From: Adineta vaga
Taxonomy: Eukaryota; Animalia; Rotifera
Length of the DNA stretch: 64,000 nucleotides
Reading direction: 5' to 3'
Assembly (NCBI GenBank): GCA_021613535.1
Contig: CP075495.1
Span: 13,826,001 to 13,890,000, forward strand
Position 1 is the first letter of the stretch. Every line of letters begins with the position of its first letter. Below the pieces are notes generated by a model. The model was not told where the DNA came from and did not search any database. It saw nothing but the letters and a program-made list of their open reading frames with translations. Below, one piece after another: positions 16,485 to 30,057 of this stretch. The translations under genes were made by a program, and so were the position numbers.

Positions 16485-19400
16485 ATGGTGACTGTGATAG
16501 AAGATAAAGATGAATTAATAACATCTGCTCATAACGGTGTACCTACCGGTTCGAGTGATATTGAACGACCATCTTATTATATCAAAGATTATCAAGAAGT
16601 AAAATACAGCGAATATTTATTTTTTTCAGTTCAAAATTTAAATTTTGTATAATTTAGGTGAACTTTCATCGATCACCGTCATGTAAACCTTTACCGGAAA
16701 ATTTATCGAAAATAAATCAAGATGAAAAAATGAAATCTTCCGTAAGTTATCGAACATCTATTGTTATTCAAGTAGCTATCTCAAGGACAAAAGGTTTGGA
16801 AATGTCAACAGACACACCCACACCCTTCAGACTTAATTTTGAAGTTGAAAAAAAAACCTTTCTCATTTTTTTTTTGCTGTATAATTAGATCAAAGGCACA
16901 TTTTATGTGCAAATCGATGCAATTGAATCGCACAATTTCTTGCTAATAATCAGCCAATCGAACAAACAAATGTCAATAATTCTCTACTTTTAACATTAAC
17001 CGATGGTGTCATCACTGTTAAAGGTCTTACAATTGATGAAATTCCTGATTTAAAGTATAAGAAATGATTTTTTAACAACCAAAATAAATATTCAATCTTT
17101 GTTTAGTTTGAATATAAAACCCGGTTCTAAATTATTATTAACTGGTGTAATATCCATTGAAGATGGTTTATTACAATTAACATATGACAATACACGTTTT
17201 CAATATGGTAGTAACACATATCCTCGACCACGATCAGCCTATCGAGTAAATATTCTTCTTTTTTTGCGAAACATTCATCTTCAAATGAATGATATTTGAA
17301 TTCTAAAATCGAAAAAATACGACAAGACATAACATTCTATTCTGATTATTTCAGGGTCGTGGAGGTGGATCTTATCGACCATCATATGAAGGACGACGTA
17401 AGTCTTCAATTGATATTCTTCCATAGGTTATATATACATTTTCATTGTTAGGTGGTGGGAATAGTAGTACTACACGATATGATAATGATGATAATGATTC
17501 AAATTTTCTTAAACGACCACCACCAAAAACGACATTGATGGATTTTATGCCTTTACGGAAAAATTCTAATGATACAAAACAAACCATTGATAATGATAAT
17601 CAAAAAGTAAAGGAACGTTATGAGAATAAACGTCGAAATCCATCGGAACAATATCATAAAACAAATAATGGTGTTCATACAACGAATTCGAATCATTATT
17701 ATCCGCAATCAAATACGAATAATAATTATTATTCCGAACAAATCATTTTCCAAACAGATGGAACCAACGAACAATTGGATCCTGAAGATGATCCATCGCA
17801 TTTAAATTATCGTGAAAGAAGGAATCCTTTACCACCTAGGTATGTTTATTTTCTTTTTTGTTTCTATTGAGATTGTTCGAAATATTCATGACATTTAATA
17901 ATATCAAGGTTTTCTTTTTAAAAGACTTTTAACTAAGAAAAAGAAAACTACGATCTTATCAATGTCAATGTGCTTTTAATAATTTAACAAATATAAAATA
18001 CTAATCTATTGGAATCGACATTTGACATGTGTAAAGTAATTATTGTCGTAATATGAGAAGGACATAGTCTTTCAATGAATTTTTAATAAGAAATGATTTC
18101 TAAGCACTAATTACTTTGAATTATTATTATTCATGGATATAATCATTTTCTTCTTGATAGACTTCAACGTGCTCAAGAAGAACGTACTCGTCGAAATACG
18201 AATCGTTATTATGATGAATCGATCATTTTATCAGGTGGTGAATTAAATGGTACTTATCGTAATGGTACAGCAAATAATCATTCATTGTCTTCCTCATCAT
18301 CATTTTCACGACGTCCTGATCAATCGACATATATATCCAATGGTCAACAACATCAAGCAACTCTTAATTTTGTCCCGCATGCAAATATGCTTGCAGCTGT
18401 TAATGGTTCAACTCAACCTCATCTTGCTTATTTTCAAACAAATGCAGGTCCTCTAACGTACAATATGTCTGGTATTCCAAATCCATCATTTCATAATCAA
18501 CCACCATCACTTGCTTCTTCATATTGTTATGGACCTCCATATGCATCTCCGACGTATCTTCCAGCAACAGTTTCAAATGGTATCGATGAAGATTCAAAAC
18601 TATTTAATAATCAATCAGGTACACAAACAAAGTTATTGATTGATGAAAATGAAAATCAAACAACAACAACAACAACAACAACAATAGGCGAATCTCAACA
18701 AACTGATAATACGACGACTAATGATACAGAAAATCAATCTCAAGCATTAGCAAATGAACAAAAAGTTGTTTCATCGTCATCATCATCCAATGATGGAAAT
18801 AATACTTCTCAACAAGATACTACAGAACAAAACGAAGAGAAACGTCGAGATACACATCCAGTATGTTTAATATTAAGAAAAAAAAATGATTTTTCTGAAA
18901 AAAAATTACTTTTTCTTAGAATCCACGGCCACGTTGGAGAGTAAATGATGTATGTTTTGCTCGTTGGAGTGAAGATCGAGAAGTAAATTATAAACAATCT
19001 GTTTGAGAAATATATTTGGATTGATATTTTCTAGTTTTATGTTGCAACAATTGTTCAAATTCAACCTCCGTATTGCACTGTAGTATTTCGTGATTACAAT
19101 ACTTATGATCAAGTACATTTTGGTGATTTAAAAATATTACCACGCGATCAACAATATGTATGTAAAGAAGAGTTTTTTTTCTTTTTTATATTGATCGTTT
19201 TCGATATTTTTCTCTTCACTTTCTTTTAGTATCCAACGGCTCAACCATTAATAGGTCCGTCATCGAATTTGAATCCTCTGGCAGCTAATGTATATTTTCC
19301 ACCACGAACTGATTATTATCCTTCAACAATGGATGGTTGTATAATGATGCCAGAAGCTCCACCTTTTCCGTTCAATTCTTCAGGTACATTATATATGTGT

Positions 19401-19799
19401 CCACCAATGATATCATCTATTTCACGTTCAAATCGATATCATCCTCAAGATAATTCATCTTTTCAACCATCGAATCGACGTCATGAAAATGGAATTACTG
19501 ATACAAATACAACAATAAATTCATCTTCATCGCCAAGTAAAGATTCTAATGATACAAGTATTATTGATTCAACTACAACTTCAGTTGATGATAATCAACA
19601 ACAAGATCTACCATCGACGACAGATCAAATTCGATTATGTTCAATTGCTGATGTACCTTTAACACTAGTCACAAAAGATGAAGATCGAGAACGTAGTACA
19701 AGTACAGAAAGTCTAACAAGTAGCCGATACGATGAACAACAATCAATTAATGAAGAAGAAAAACCAGACAGAAATTCCATCGTTAACAACGATAGTTAA
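16485..19799 (+). CDS. TDRD3: TDRD3-like protein (RMI1-type OB fold plus Tudor domain); apparent 1-nt frameshift near 16926
   Basis: KPLPENL..IKGTFYVQID..LLLTLTDG..IPDLNLNIKPGSKLLLTG..DGLLQL OB fold; RPPPKTTLMDF and LPPRLQR motifs; Tudor domain WRVNDVCFARWSEDREFYVATI..VVFRDYNTYDQV. Confidence 0.85.
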
Positions 19800-20795
19800 T
19801 TTAACATATATGCAAATGAAAAAAAGCAAGAGAGGGCGATAACATATACATGATTGTCTTTTTTTGTTAACGTTTGGATAGTAATATACATATATCGTAC
19901 ACGCACTCATATATAAAACATATTTACAGTGAGGATCTTCTTCTTCTTCTTTTTCTTGTTCTGTTCTCTATTTTTTATTTCATTCTTTCTTTCAATGTAT
20001 TAGAAAAAAAAAACTTTAAAAAAAACGTGTTCTACTTTTCTTTCTTCTCTTGTTGATACTCATTCATTGTTCTTTCGCTTTAATGTGTTCATCGTGCTCT
20101 CTTTCTCTCTCTCTCTTTCTTTCTGTTGTTTCTGCGTGCACGTACATAGTATTCACATTATTTGTTATTTGTTTCTCATTCAAACGCATTGACATGTATG
20201 TGCTTATTTATTTACTCCTTGTAAATGCTTCCCTATTCTTTCGATCATTTGTTTGTTTTTTCTTTTCATTTCTTTGAGCCTAATCTATATGAAAAAGGGA
20301 GCTTAACAAGCAACAACAGCAATTGAACAGAGAAAGAAAGAAAGAGAGCAAGAAGTTTTGTTTCTCTGTGTATCCTTTTTTTTCTGGTGTTTTTGTTTTG
20401 GAGGAAAAAAAAGAAAAGAAAAGTCCACGCATATACACATTATGCTTTTTTTTATTTGTGATGTGCGATTGTTGTTATTTGTTTTATTTTCTGGTGACGA
20501 TACCATGATGCTCTCTTGTGTGGCATGTGTGATTCTGTTTTCTTCTTCTTCTTTGTGTGTACATGAGTGTTCTCACATTATTATTACTGTTGCTATTACT
20601 ATTGTATCGCGTGTATGCATGTTTCTCTCTCTCTGTTTTGTTTCATTTTTTTATGATTATTATTATCATCATCATCATTCAAAAAAAAGAATAAGAAAAC
20701 TGAAACTGGTTTTTAAACAAGAACATATCTCGATCGATCTCTTTCTTTCTTTTTTGTTTTCTTTTTCTTTTCCTTTTATAATTATTTTATAGACA

Positions 20796-23380
20796 ATGAC
20801 AGATATCAATGCAGTGGATATTCATTCGGCATCATCATATAGTCATGATGATGAGCATGAGAATACGAATAATAATAATTCATATCTATTGAATCAAAGT
20901 AATGTACCAATGGATATTGATGTTGATGATCAAATCATAACATCATCATCACCATCACCACCACCACCATCAACAACAAAAACGAATGGATATAGATTAT
21001 CAGATTCAATTGAGAATGGAACGAATGATAAACACGAGGAAAAAGATGTTTTTCATCTTGGGTAAAGAATATAAATATATCTATTCAAAATCTACGGTTG
21101 ATAATTCTTTTTTCTTGTAGAAATCCTGTTTTAAATAAATCATTCGATGTTTTACCACAAATAAAAGATGACACTATTCCTACAGTTGATTCTATTGTAG
21201 ACAACACTGTAAGTGAGTTTTTCTCTTTTATTTCCTGTATCAAATGAAATATTAAAGAATAACAAAAAGAAACTCATCTCTGAGGTATTTCTCTTTCTTA
21301 TTTTTTTATAGGGTGAGATCAGCAATTCACTTGATACAACAGTTGAATTACCAACTAATGAATTAAATGAAAAACTTTCTCGTATGATTTTTCTATTTTG
21401 AATCTTTCTTTAAAAGAACTCATTTTGATTCTATTTTAAAGAACATCATACATCAAATTTTATGAATAATAATATCGATACACCAACAAGTATTCAACCA
21501 CTTTTACCCAATCAATTTTCACGTGAGTAAAACTAATTTCAATGTCTTCAAATTGATAATGATTATTTCTTTAGTTGAATATCCATATGTTATTCCTCAA
21601 CCACAAGAAAATATTCCATCTCCATCATCACCACCAAATTCTCTTGAGTCAATGACAGCATTGACAAAAAATATGAAATTAAATGCAATAAAGACATCAG
21701 AAGGACAAGGTTATCTATTGAAATGAAAATTTTCATTATAAAATTTTCTCTTTTCTTTTTGTTTCATTGTAGAACCATTAACACCAATGTTCAACACAGA
21801 GAAAACATTTGATACGAATACATTTGTTTTAAAAAAGAAAGAACGACGTAAACCGACAACGCCAGCTACTGAAACTAGTTTCAATGCTGTATGTTTTTCT
21901 TATCTCATAATAAATATTCAAGACATGAAGTTATTTTTTTGTTAGCTTACAGAAGATACGACACCAGATTTGTGCAATAAACAATCACCGCTCAATACAT
22001 CAACAACGTCATTGGATGCAGTTACAACCTCTCGAGCACCGACGATAAATTCAACTCCATCACAACAACCCACGATGGATCCCATACGAATCATGTAAGA
22101 GTCATAGACTACTCGCATTTTTTTTCCTCTCGTTCTCTTATTTCTTTTTACCAATCGACGCGCCTCCGAACGAACGAGAGAAAAAACTTTGTTTTTCTTT
22201 CTTTTTTCCTCTTGCTTAATGTCCATACGTTGGCAGATCATCATTTGCTCGTGTCAGTAGTCCTCCGTAGTTTTTTTCTCCACTCAAAATACACCATGTC
22301 GACACTATTGAATACTGATGACGAAATCAATAATATAACAGATCAGTTGACTTCATTGCCGAGTATTTCATCAACAACAACATCATCTATACTTGATGAA
22401 GAACAATTTCATCCAAAAGATATTAATACAAATTCCTTACATGATTTCTTAAATACAGAAAAAACAATTTTTCAACCACCATCATCAACAATAACGACGA
22501 TGACAACAACAACAACAACGAACGAATCTGATATGATTAAAAGTTTGATAATGAATCATGAAAATCCCATGGAAAAATCGACATTATTTCGTTCGTTAAT
22601 CGAACATACTGAACCAACAGTAAATGCTCAACAATTAACAGAACATTTTTCACTTTCTGAACAAGAACAAAAACGTTCGAAAACCGATCATATTAATGAA
22701 CATCTTTTACGTCCATTTAGTGAATGTGTTGAACAATATTATCGTATACTTTATCGTGTATGCGAATGTACAGAAGAATTAAAACATGAATTACGACAAG
22801 TTAAAAATGAACGAGATCAAATGAGTGAAGATTTGATCAATGCTGAAAATGCCTATGCCGATGTCAAAAAACGCAATGAGAAATTAAAATTAATCATCAA
22901 TGAACATAAAATGGTTTGTTTAAAACAGCAAATGAAATTTCTATTGTCAAATTTTCTTTCTAGAATACAGAAACATTGAAACGTTTTTCAGAAGAATCAG
23001 TTCGTTATACAGAAGAACAAAAGCAAAAATATGCTGTTCTAAAACAACATGCACAAGAAAAATTAAATGAGTAAAACTAAATGAATATTTCAAGAAGAAA
23101 AAGAACAATAAATTTCATATTTATAGAGCTAATACTGAAATTGAACGATTAAGACGAACTCAAGCGTCTGAAATGGAAGGCGTACAAACACAATTACGTT
23201 ATGCTCAACTTCGTGTTCAATCACTTGAACAAGAAATGAAATCTGTTAAACAAGAATTAGAACAAAAGGTAAAAGAAGTCGACATGAATTTGTTCTTTAT
23301 TTTTTTCTTTCTTCTAGAAAAAAGAAAACATTGAATTAACAAATATTTGTGATGAACTCTTAGCAACTAATAAAAGATAG
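20796..23380 (+). CDS. TACC: Transforming acidic coiled-coil (TACC) family protein, multi-exon
   Basis: Acidic S/P/T-rich N-terminus; C-terminal coiled coil ERDQMSEDLINAENAYADVKKRNEKLK..KYAVLKQHAQEKLNEANTEI..KKKENIELTNICDELL. Confidence 0.85.
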
Positions 23381-23602
23381 TTATTCTTACTTTCGTTATT
23401 TTCTCATACACTCCATTTCAATATGTAATTTTTTCTCTCCTTTTATTATCTTCTTTTCTCTCATATACTGCTAGTCTCGTGTTTTTCTTTCTTTCTCTCT
23501 CTCTCTCTCTCTTTCTCGGTGTGTTCAAATATGTTAAACAAAACAACGGACAATGCTTATATTTGTAGATAAAACCTAACAAAAACACATATACACACTC
23601 AA

Positions 23603-24405
23603 ATGCATTCATTTCTTAGTCGATTGAATACTCTATTTGCTTTTACATTGTCTGTTCTTGCTGTACTTACTATTGGTGTATTTCTTTCGACATATCTTGA
23701 GGAATATCATGAAACGGTTTCAATTAGTGCTAATAAACCAATTGTGTAAGTCGAAAAGGAATGCTTTTTGTAAAACAATAATTGAAAATGTTTATTTTGT
23801 CTTTCAATAAAGAAAACATATGACGGATTTTTCTGCTAATCGAAAGAAGAATGATCTTGGAGTATTACAATTAAATTTAGATATGGGTAAGTCTTTATTG
23901 AATTGAATTGATCATTCTATTGAAATTATTTAGATCTTAATTCATTGTTTGATTGGAACGTAAAACAATTATTTTTATATTTGATTGCAGAATATGAAAC
24001 ACCATCAAATGTAAAGTCATAAATTTGTTAATAAATATTATTGATTCGAATGAAGATTCATTTAGAATTTAAATCAAGTCGTTCTCTGGGATAAAATAAT
24101 CAAAAGAGGTGAAAATGCTCGAATCGATGTGCGTGATATGGCAACAAAATATTATTTTTGGGATGATGGTGAACATCTTCGGTTAGTTGATTTCGTTTTC
24201 TTCTTATAAATTTTATCTATGCTCAACCAAAAACATTTTTTTTAATTTTAGATCAAATAATGTGACATTAACACTTGCATGGAATACTATTTCCAATGCT
24301 GGTCGTTTACTTCATACTCGTGCAAATGGTTCGACATCTTTTATATTTCCTGATCAATATGTGACTAGTCGTGTATCAACTGGTAAATCATCCGGCCAAG
24401 CATAG
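23603..24405 (+). CDS. SPCS3: Signal peptidase complex subunit 3 (SPC22/23), 5 exons
   Basis: [68 protein letters not shown]. Confidence 0.95.
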
Positions 24406-24584
24406 GATAAAGCTTGATTTTGTTTTTTGTTTTCTTTGTTTGTTTGTTCGTGTTCGATTGTTATGGATGTTAGAAAACGAAAAGAAAAGAATAACCGGTT
24501 TTATCAATATGAAATATCTAAATATTCAAAAAGAATATTATGCCAACTTCTTTCTCTACAATCTAGATTATTAAAGGGAAATTC

Positions 24585-25005
24585 ATGGCTGCAGAAGAAC
24601 AGATTGTAAGTTTCGATGATTGTATTTGTTAAAGAAGAATATAAATAATTTCATCTGTATTTATCTTAGTTTCGAGAATTTCTTGAAACTTACAATCGAA
24701 TTGTTGAAGAATGTTTTAATCGATGTGTTTATACATTTAATTATCGATATTTAATTGAAGATGAAGTATGTAGAGAATATGTTGTTTTTTTGACGAAAAA
24801 TCATTACAAAAGGAACAAAATTTAGATTGATTGTGCATCACGTTGTACATCAAGATTTGTGAATTATAATCAACGAATGGCGATGAATTTTGCGACAATT
24901 CAAGCGAAAAAAATGATCGATATGCAAGAACAAGCTGAAGCACAACAGCAAGATTCATTACCTACGATTGCTAATCCACTGAATGAAAATTCTACACCTT
25001 CTTGA
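24585..25005 (+). CDS. Small TIM chaperone, Tim9/Tim10B-like (twin CX3C), 3 exons
   Basis: FREFLETYNRIVEECFNRCV..IDCASRCTSRFVNYNQRMAMNF; CFNRCV and the C-terminal tail lean towards TIMM10B. Confidence 0.85.
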
Positions 25006-25282
25006 TCAATTTGTTTTGTTTCGTTTTCTTAGGAAATATATATCAAATTTTCTAACACAAAAAAAGAGAAAAAGAAAAATATTTCGTTTATAATCATTTG
25101 TATGAACAAAGATGTTCGAAGATGAAGAATATCGCATTCAAATCAATTAAATGTCTTGTTTTCTCAAGCTTAAGCTATTCACCTATCTCTTTTATTTACA
25201 ATAATCACTCACAATCCATCTCTTTTGTCTTCTTTATACACTGAATGAAGAAAGGAATGATATCTGTATATATGTATGTTTA

Positions 25283-26430
25283 TCACGATTGTTTGGCAAG
25301 AATAGCATCGACAAATGTCCATGAATGTCTTTGTCCTTCGAGTATTGTCAATGAAAGATAATTGATTTTTTGTGCTATTTGAACTAATTCATTAGGTCGT
25401 GGTTCTGCACCAATTAATTGTCGAGTCAGGGTTTCTAAGGATGGTGCATGACCAATAAATAAAATTGTCATATCATTTGTATCATGTTTTGATAAAATTT
25501 GACGCATAACCAAATGTGATCGTTCATAATAATCGTATTCAGTTTCTTCTGTTGATAAAGACTTTTGTACACTATTATATGATGTTTCAACATTGAATCG
25601 ATTTAAAATGAGTTCATTTATTGACATAAAATGTGGTATAATGTCTTTATGCCATATACCACATTCAAATAGACCTAATTCAATACGAATTGGTATTAAT
25701 GTACGTAATTTCATTCCATCAAGTATAGCATCGGCTGTTTGAATACAACGTAATGATGGTGATGAATAACAATAATCAATACGAAGACCGGTACGACAAA
25801 GTGCTTCACCTAAATAAAGATAAACTAATATATATATATATACATATGAAAATGATTTGATTTGTCTATACCTGTTCGATATGAACGGATAAGGCCAAGT
25901 TCGGTTAATGGAGGATCATTGATATATTCTTGAAAACATTGTCGATATGGTAATGTTATTGGTAGATTTGTATGAAAACGTCGATAATTTCCTGTTTGAT
26001 CAAAAGCTTGAGAAAACCATGATTCACCAAAAAGAGCATCAACACGTTCAGCATGACGGATGATAACTAATTTCGTTTTTGCTCGTCGTTTTTGTCGAAC
26101 TTGTTGTGAAAGAGCACTTTCATTATTATTATCCACAGATAATTTTCTTTCAAAATTATATTCATGTTTTGCTGCTATAGGTACGAGAGTATCAATATCA
26201 TTTGTCGATAATTGTCGATCTCGATCTTTCATGCCACAAGATAAACAAGATGCACTTTTAAGTGCATCTAATGAACGCTGTCGACCAGTATTAAGCACTT
26301 TTGATAATGATTGACTACGTTGCAATGCTGATGGATTAGGATGGATAGGAGTTTTTGAGTCAAAACTAGGATCATATGAACCTTCAACTTGACCGAGAAA
26401 ACGATTGAGTAATTTTTGAAATGTAGACAT
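25283..26430 (-). CDS. Histidine phosphatase of the UBASH3/STS (ecdysteroid-phosphate phosphatase-like) branch, 2 coding exons
   Basis: IIRHAERVD..DPPLTELG..YSSPSLRCIQTA..IELGLFE..LFIGHAPSL. Confidence 0.85.
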
Positions 26431-27211
26431 TCTAAAAAGATATTATATGAGTATTCTTATCATAGAAATTTCATAGAATGATGATCGATATTTACCTGAA
26501 TAGGCTTTTTTCTTTGTCAAATAGAATAATTTCTTAAAATTTTAAGTTAATAGAATTATTGTTCATTCAAAAGAAAATATATATGTAAATGTATGTGTCG
26601 CGTTTTTGACTATTTATATCGATTGATGATAGTTTGTACGTGAGTATCAATAAGAATGAATGAGCATCACTCTATATATATATGTATGAATAAAACAAAC
26701 TTGAATTAGCAAAACTCGTGATAGGTGAAGATGCAAAAGGCGACGACGAGTCTCTTCTTCTTGTTCTCCTCCTCCTTCTCCTCCTCCTTTTCTCGTTCTA
26801 GTAATTGTATCGAAGGATAGATATCTTTGACATTGGTCAGAACACGAAAAAAAATAGAACATATATAAACAGGTTGATCTGATCTTGGACAGACGATAAG
26901 TACATTTGATTTCTCTCTTTGTCTCTCTTTCTTGATTCATTCAATCAAGGATATTTATCATTAGATTTTTGTATGAAAGAACAATTGAACTGACATTGCA
27001 ATTCAATTGAAGTTATAATGAGATGAATAATGAATATAACGTTCAGAGAACTAACATTTGATAAGATAAGGTCGACAAAATAATCGATTTGTGCGATGGT
27101 ATACTTTAGCAATTTAGTGGTTGGTTGGATAGAAATTAATGTAAAATGTCACATATAAAAAGAATGATAAATACAGTTTTATTCTCGTTTCTTTTATTAT
27201 CAAATATTACT

Positions 27212-27480
27212 GTTATCAACCAATTATTTAATTGATATTTGTAAGAAAAAATATCGTTTGGACAACAAAATCTATTGTCTCGTCTGCTTTGTCAGACATT
27301 CGATACCATGATAGTAGTTTAAAGAGAAAGCTCGTTTTATTAGAATAAAAGTTTGTCTCTATTATCCAAGTATAATTTATGTTAGTAAGAATTTTTGTTA
27401 ATTCTGTATTTGAAGTGAAAAAAAAAAGAAAAAGGGACACTCAAGAATCAATGAAGTAGAACAGAGATAAAGTGAATACA
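27212..27480 (+). repeat. Left copy of the diverged direct repeat bracketing the accessory island
   Basis: Colinear with ~42051-42355; the core 27371-27471 is near-identical to 42248-42347 (tataatttatg..ctgtatttgaagt..ggacactcaagaatcaat). Confidence 0.85.
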
Positions 27481-27520
27481 CATGTACGTAATTTGATATT
27501 GAGCAAACACCTATCCAAAA

Positions 27521-28344
27521 CAGAGACCGACGGGACGGGATGAAATTTATATTGAATTGTCCCGCGAGGAATATTTCTTTTATTTTTGTACCGCACTAAT
27601 ATTTTTCTCAGAATATGTGTGAGAATAATCTAATTTATTATTTTTATCTCCAATGTGGAAATATTTCTTTTATCACTAATCATTGTACCAAATCTGTTAA
27701 GTATTTGTTCGTGATTTTTCTACAAAAAGAAAAGAATTATACAAAAAACTGCAAATAAATGTTGTTATCATACGTTTAAATATTTTAACTGAGATACATG
27801 TAACTATGCAATCTAATAAAAGTTTTCTTGTGATGTTTTCTATATAGTTTAATAGAGCTCAATGAGCTTTCCAAAACTGTTTGTATGAAAACAAAACTGA
27901 ATCTTTTTATTCCCATAAATTTACCAACAGTTTGTATTTTATATATTTGCTACACAAATGATGGTTAAAATATTTTCTGTATTAGCAATAGAAGTGTCTC
28001 AGATTTTATACATAGGTCCGAATGAATTTATATTTTTCAATCATGTAGAACAAATTCATTGTGAAAATATATGATAGGATACAGCTTAAAAATAAATTGG
28101 TATCGATGTGTTTATATGATCAGAATGGACATTAAACAATCTAGATTTAATTTATTCAATTGATATACAAATCAATGTGCTCGTCTCAACTGTTTCTTTT
28201 CAGCAATCAATCAAATCGAAAATAGAATTAATTTGAGGAACGGTGTGTGGTTGTGGGTACTCTGCTTATGATTTATAATTCCGCACCCACACCCACCCTC
28301 AAGATCAGTTTGAAAAGCTACAAACCGAACCTTGCTCATCTCTG
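27521..28344. mobile_element. Possible degraded DNA-transposon (hAT-like) remnants
   Basis: Ends read cagaga../..tctctg, with GC-rich subterminal motifs (gacgggacggga; gtgggt/acccac); no matching TSD. Confidence 0.25.
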
Positions 28345-29215
28345 GTTCTTGGTTACAAGATAAAAAAATCATAGATCGAGAAAAACGAAAAAGATTTTTC
28401 CTTTCTTTAAAAAAAAGTATGTTTCCGACAGCTTATTACAGAAATCCCACCTCAATTTTTAGCCGAAAAAGGAGATTTCCGATAAAAACCATATAATTTC
28501 TGACAGTTCTGAAGACGGGTTACCTTCCTATGTATTTATGTTAATTTTGAAATTTCTGACGAAAATTGATTTTTCTCGAGTGGAACTTAATGCACAAATA
28601 TTTGATGAAAAATGTTTAAACTGAATAAATTCTTCAAATAAAAAAGTGTTATCTTCAATGAAAAAAGCTTTTTTAAAAGAAAGTTTTGTCAAATTTCGAA
28701 AATAAATTTGGCAATAATCGATTATTCATTCATTTTCACTCTACAATGATCAACTGAATTTAGAATGTGAACAAGTTATATATCGATATAACAGAAGAAG
28801 ATTTTCTTTTTCTAAAACCGAGACAATATAAGTCTATCTTATGAAATAAGTTAATATAGATCTTCCTATAAAAATGATCTGCATAGATGATTTCACTATT
28901 TCTATATTCTCTCCAATTACCTTGATCTATTAAACAGTAATGTTTCTCCAAGCAAAATTGAAAAGGAAATTCTTTGTGAAGATCAATATAGGCGCGGTTA
29001 TGTATATAATAATGATGTTTTTCACATTGACCATCAATATAAAAAAGATACGTTAATATGATATTGAAGATAAAATAAATTGTTCTTATCGATGATCATC
29101 TAAATATGTTTGATCGCATTGTGTAGCTACACATCAAAAGTTGAATTTCCAAGGAAAAATAAGAAAGACAATATTTATTTGAAACAATTCTATTTTACAT
29201 TGTAAAAAAAAGGAT

Positions 29216-30057
29216 ATTATTCAACAATATTTAATTGTATTTAGTCAAATAAAGTATACGATAACAATAGTCGTATTTAATCCGAAAACCAGAATAAATA
29301 TCCGACAATTCGAACACTTTTATTTTACCCATTGTTTCATTGAACCAGTTTTCATTTCCATATAATAAATAGTTTGATTCAAACCAATTAAAATTCTTTT
29401 TTTTTCTGTCACATTCACAATCAAGACCATAACTAGCTAATGCATAAAAATAACCTTGTACAATTTTTTCTACATCACGACCCTCACTACAACATTCATT
29501 ATAATATGATAAATATTCCTGATTCTTGTCCAATTTAATACGACATACAATTTCATAGATTCCAGCCAATATTGATTCAAATTTCCCTTTTATACCAACT
29601 AGAAAAACAGATTGAACACTATATAAGCGAACACATCGACCTGTTAAACTATTGAGATCATATTCATGCTTGGGACATAATTTGTTAGTGCATTTTAAAT
29701 GATCTAATGAACAACGTAAACCCATTTCAAACAAATCAACAGCTAATAAACGTTTAGAATCAATAAAATAAAAATAAATTAATTTGTAGAATAAGATATT
29801 ACAAATATTTTCTTGATTTAAATATTTATTTCTTTTAAAATAATATTCAAAGAATTCTTCGATTGTAAGAGCCATTTTTAATTCATTTGTACGTGGACAT
29901 GATTTTTGCTTAATTATACTTTTATAAGCTAAATAACCATCACTATTATCTTTACTATTTAACATATTTAGTAACCAAACAATACACACATTAATATTTC
30001 CATGCTTTCGAAAAGATTTTCCAAATTTTTTTTATCTGTATTCGTACGATATAAAAC
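29216..30057 (-). pseudogene. 3' half of an F-box/PP2-like (phloem protein 2 lectin-like) gene, disrupted
   Basis: RCVRLYSVQSVFLVGIKGKFESILAGIYEIVCRIKL..WFNETMGKIKV..LFD*IQLNIVE resembles PP2 domains; frameshift in an A8 run (~30030) and frameshift plus stop near the end. Confidence 0.55.

Noticed and set aside
19874-20792. Several hydrophobic Phe/Leu/Cys-rich ORFs
   Set aside because: Arise from T/CT-rich UTR or intergenic low-complexity sequence; no splice or domain support.
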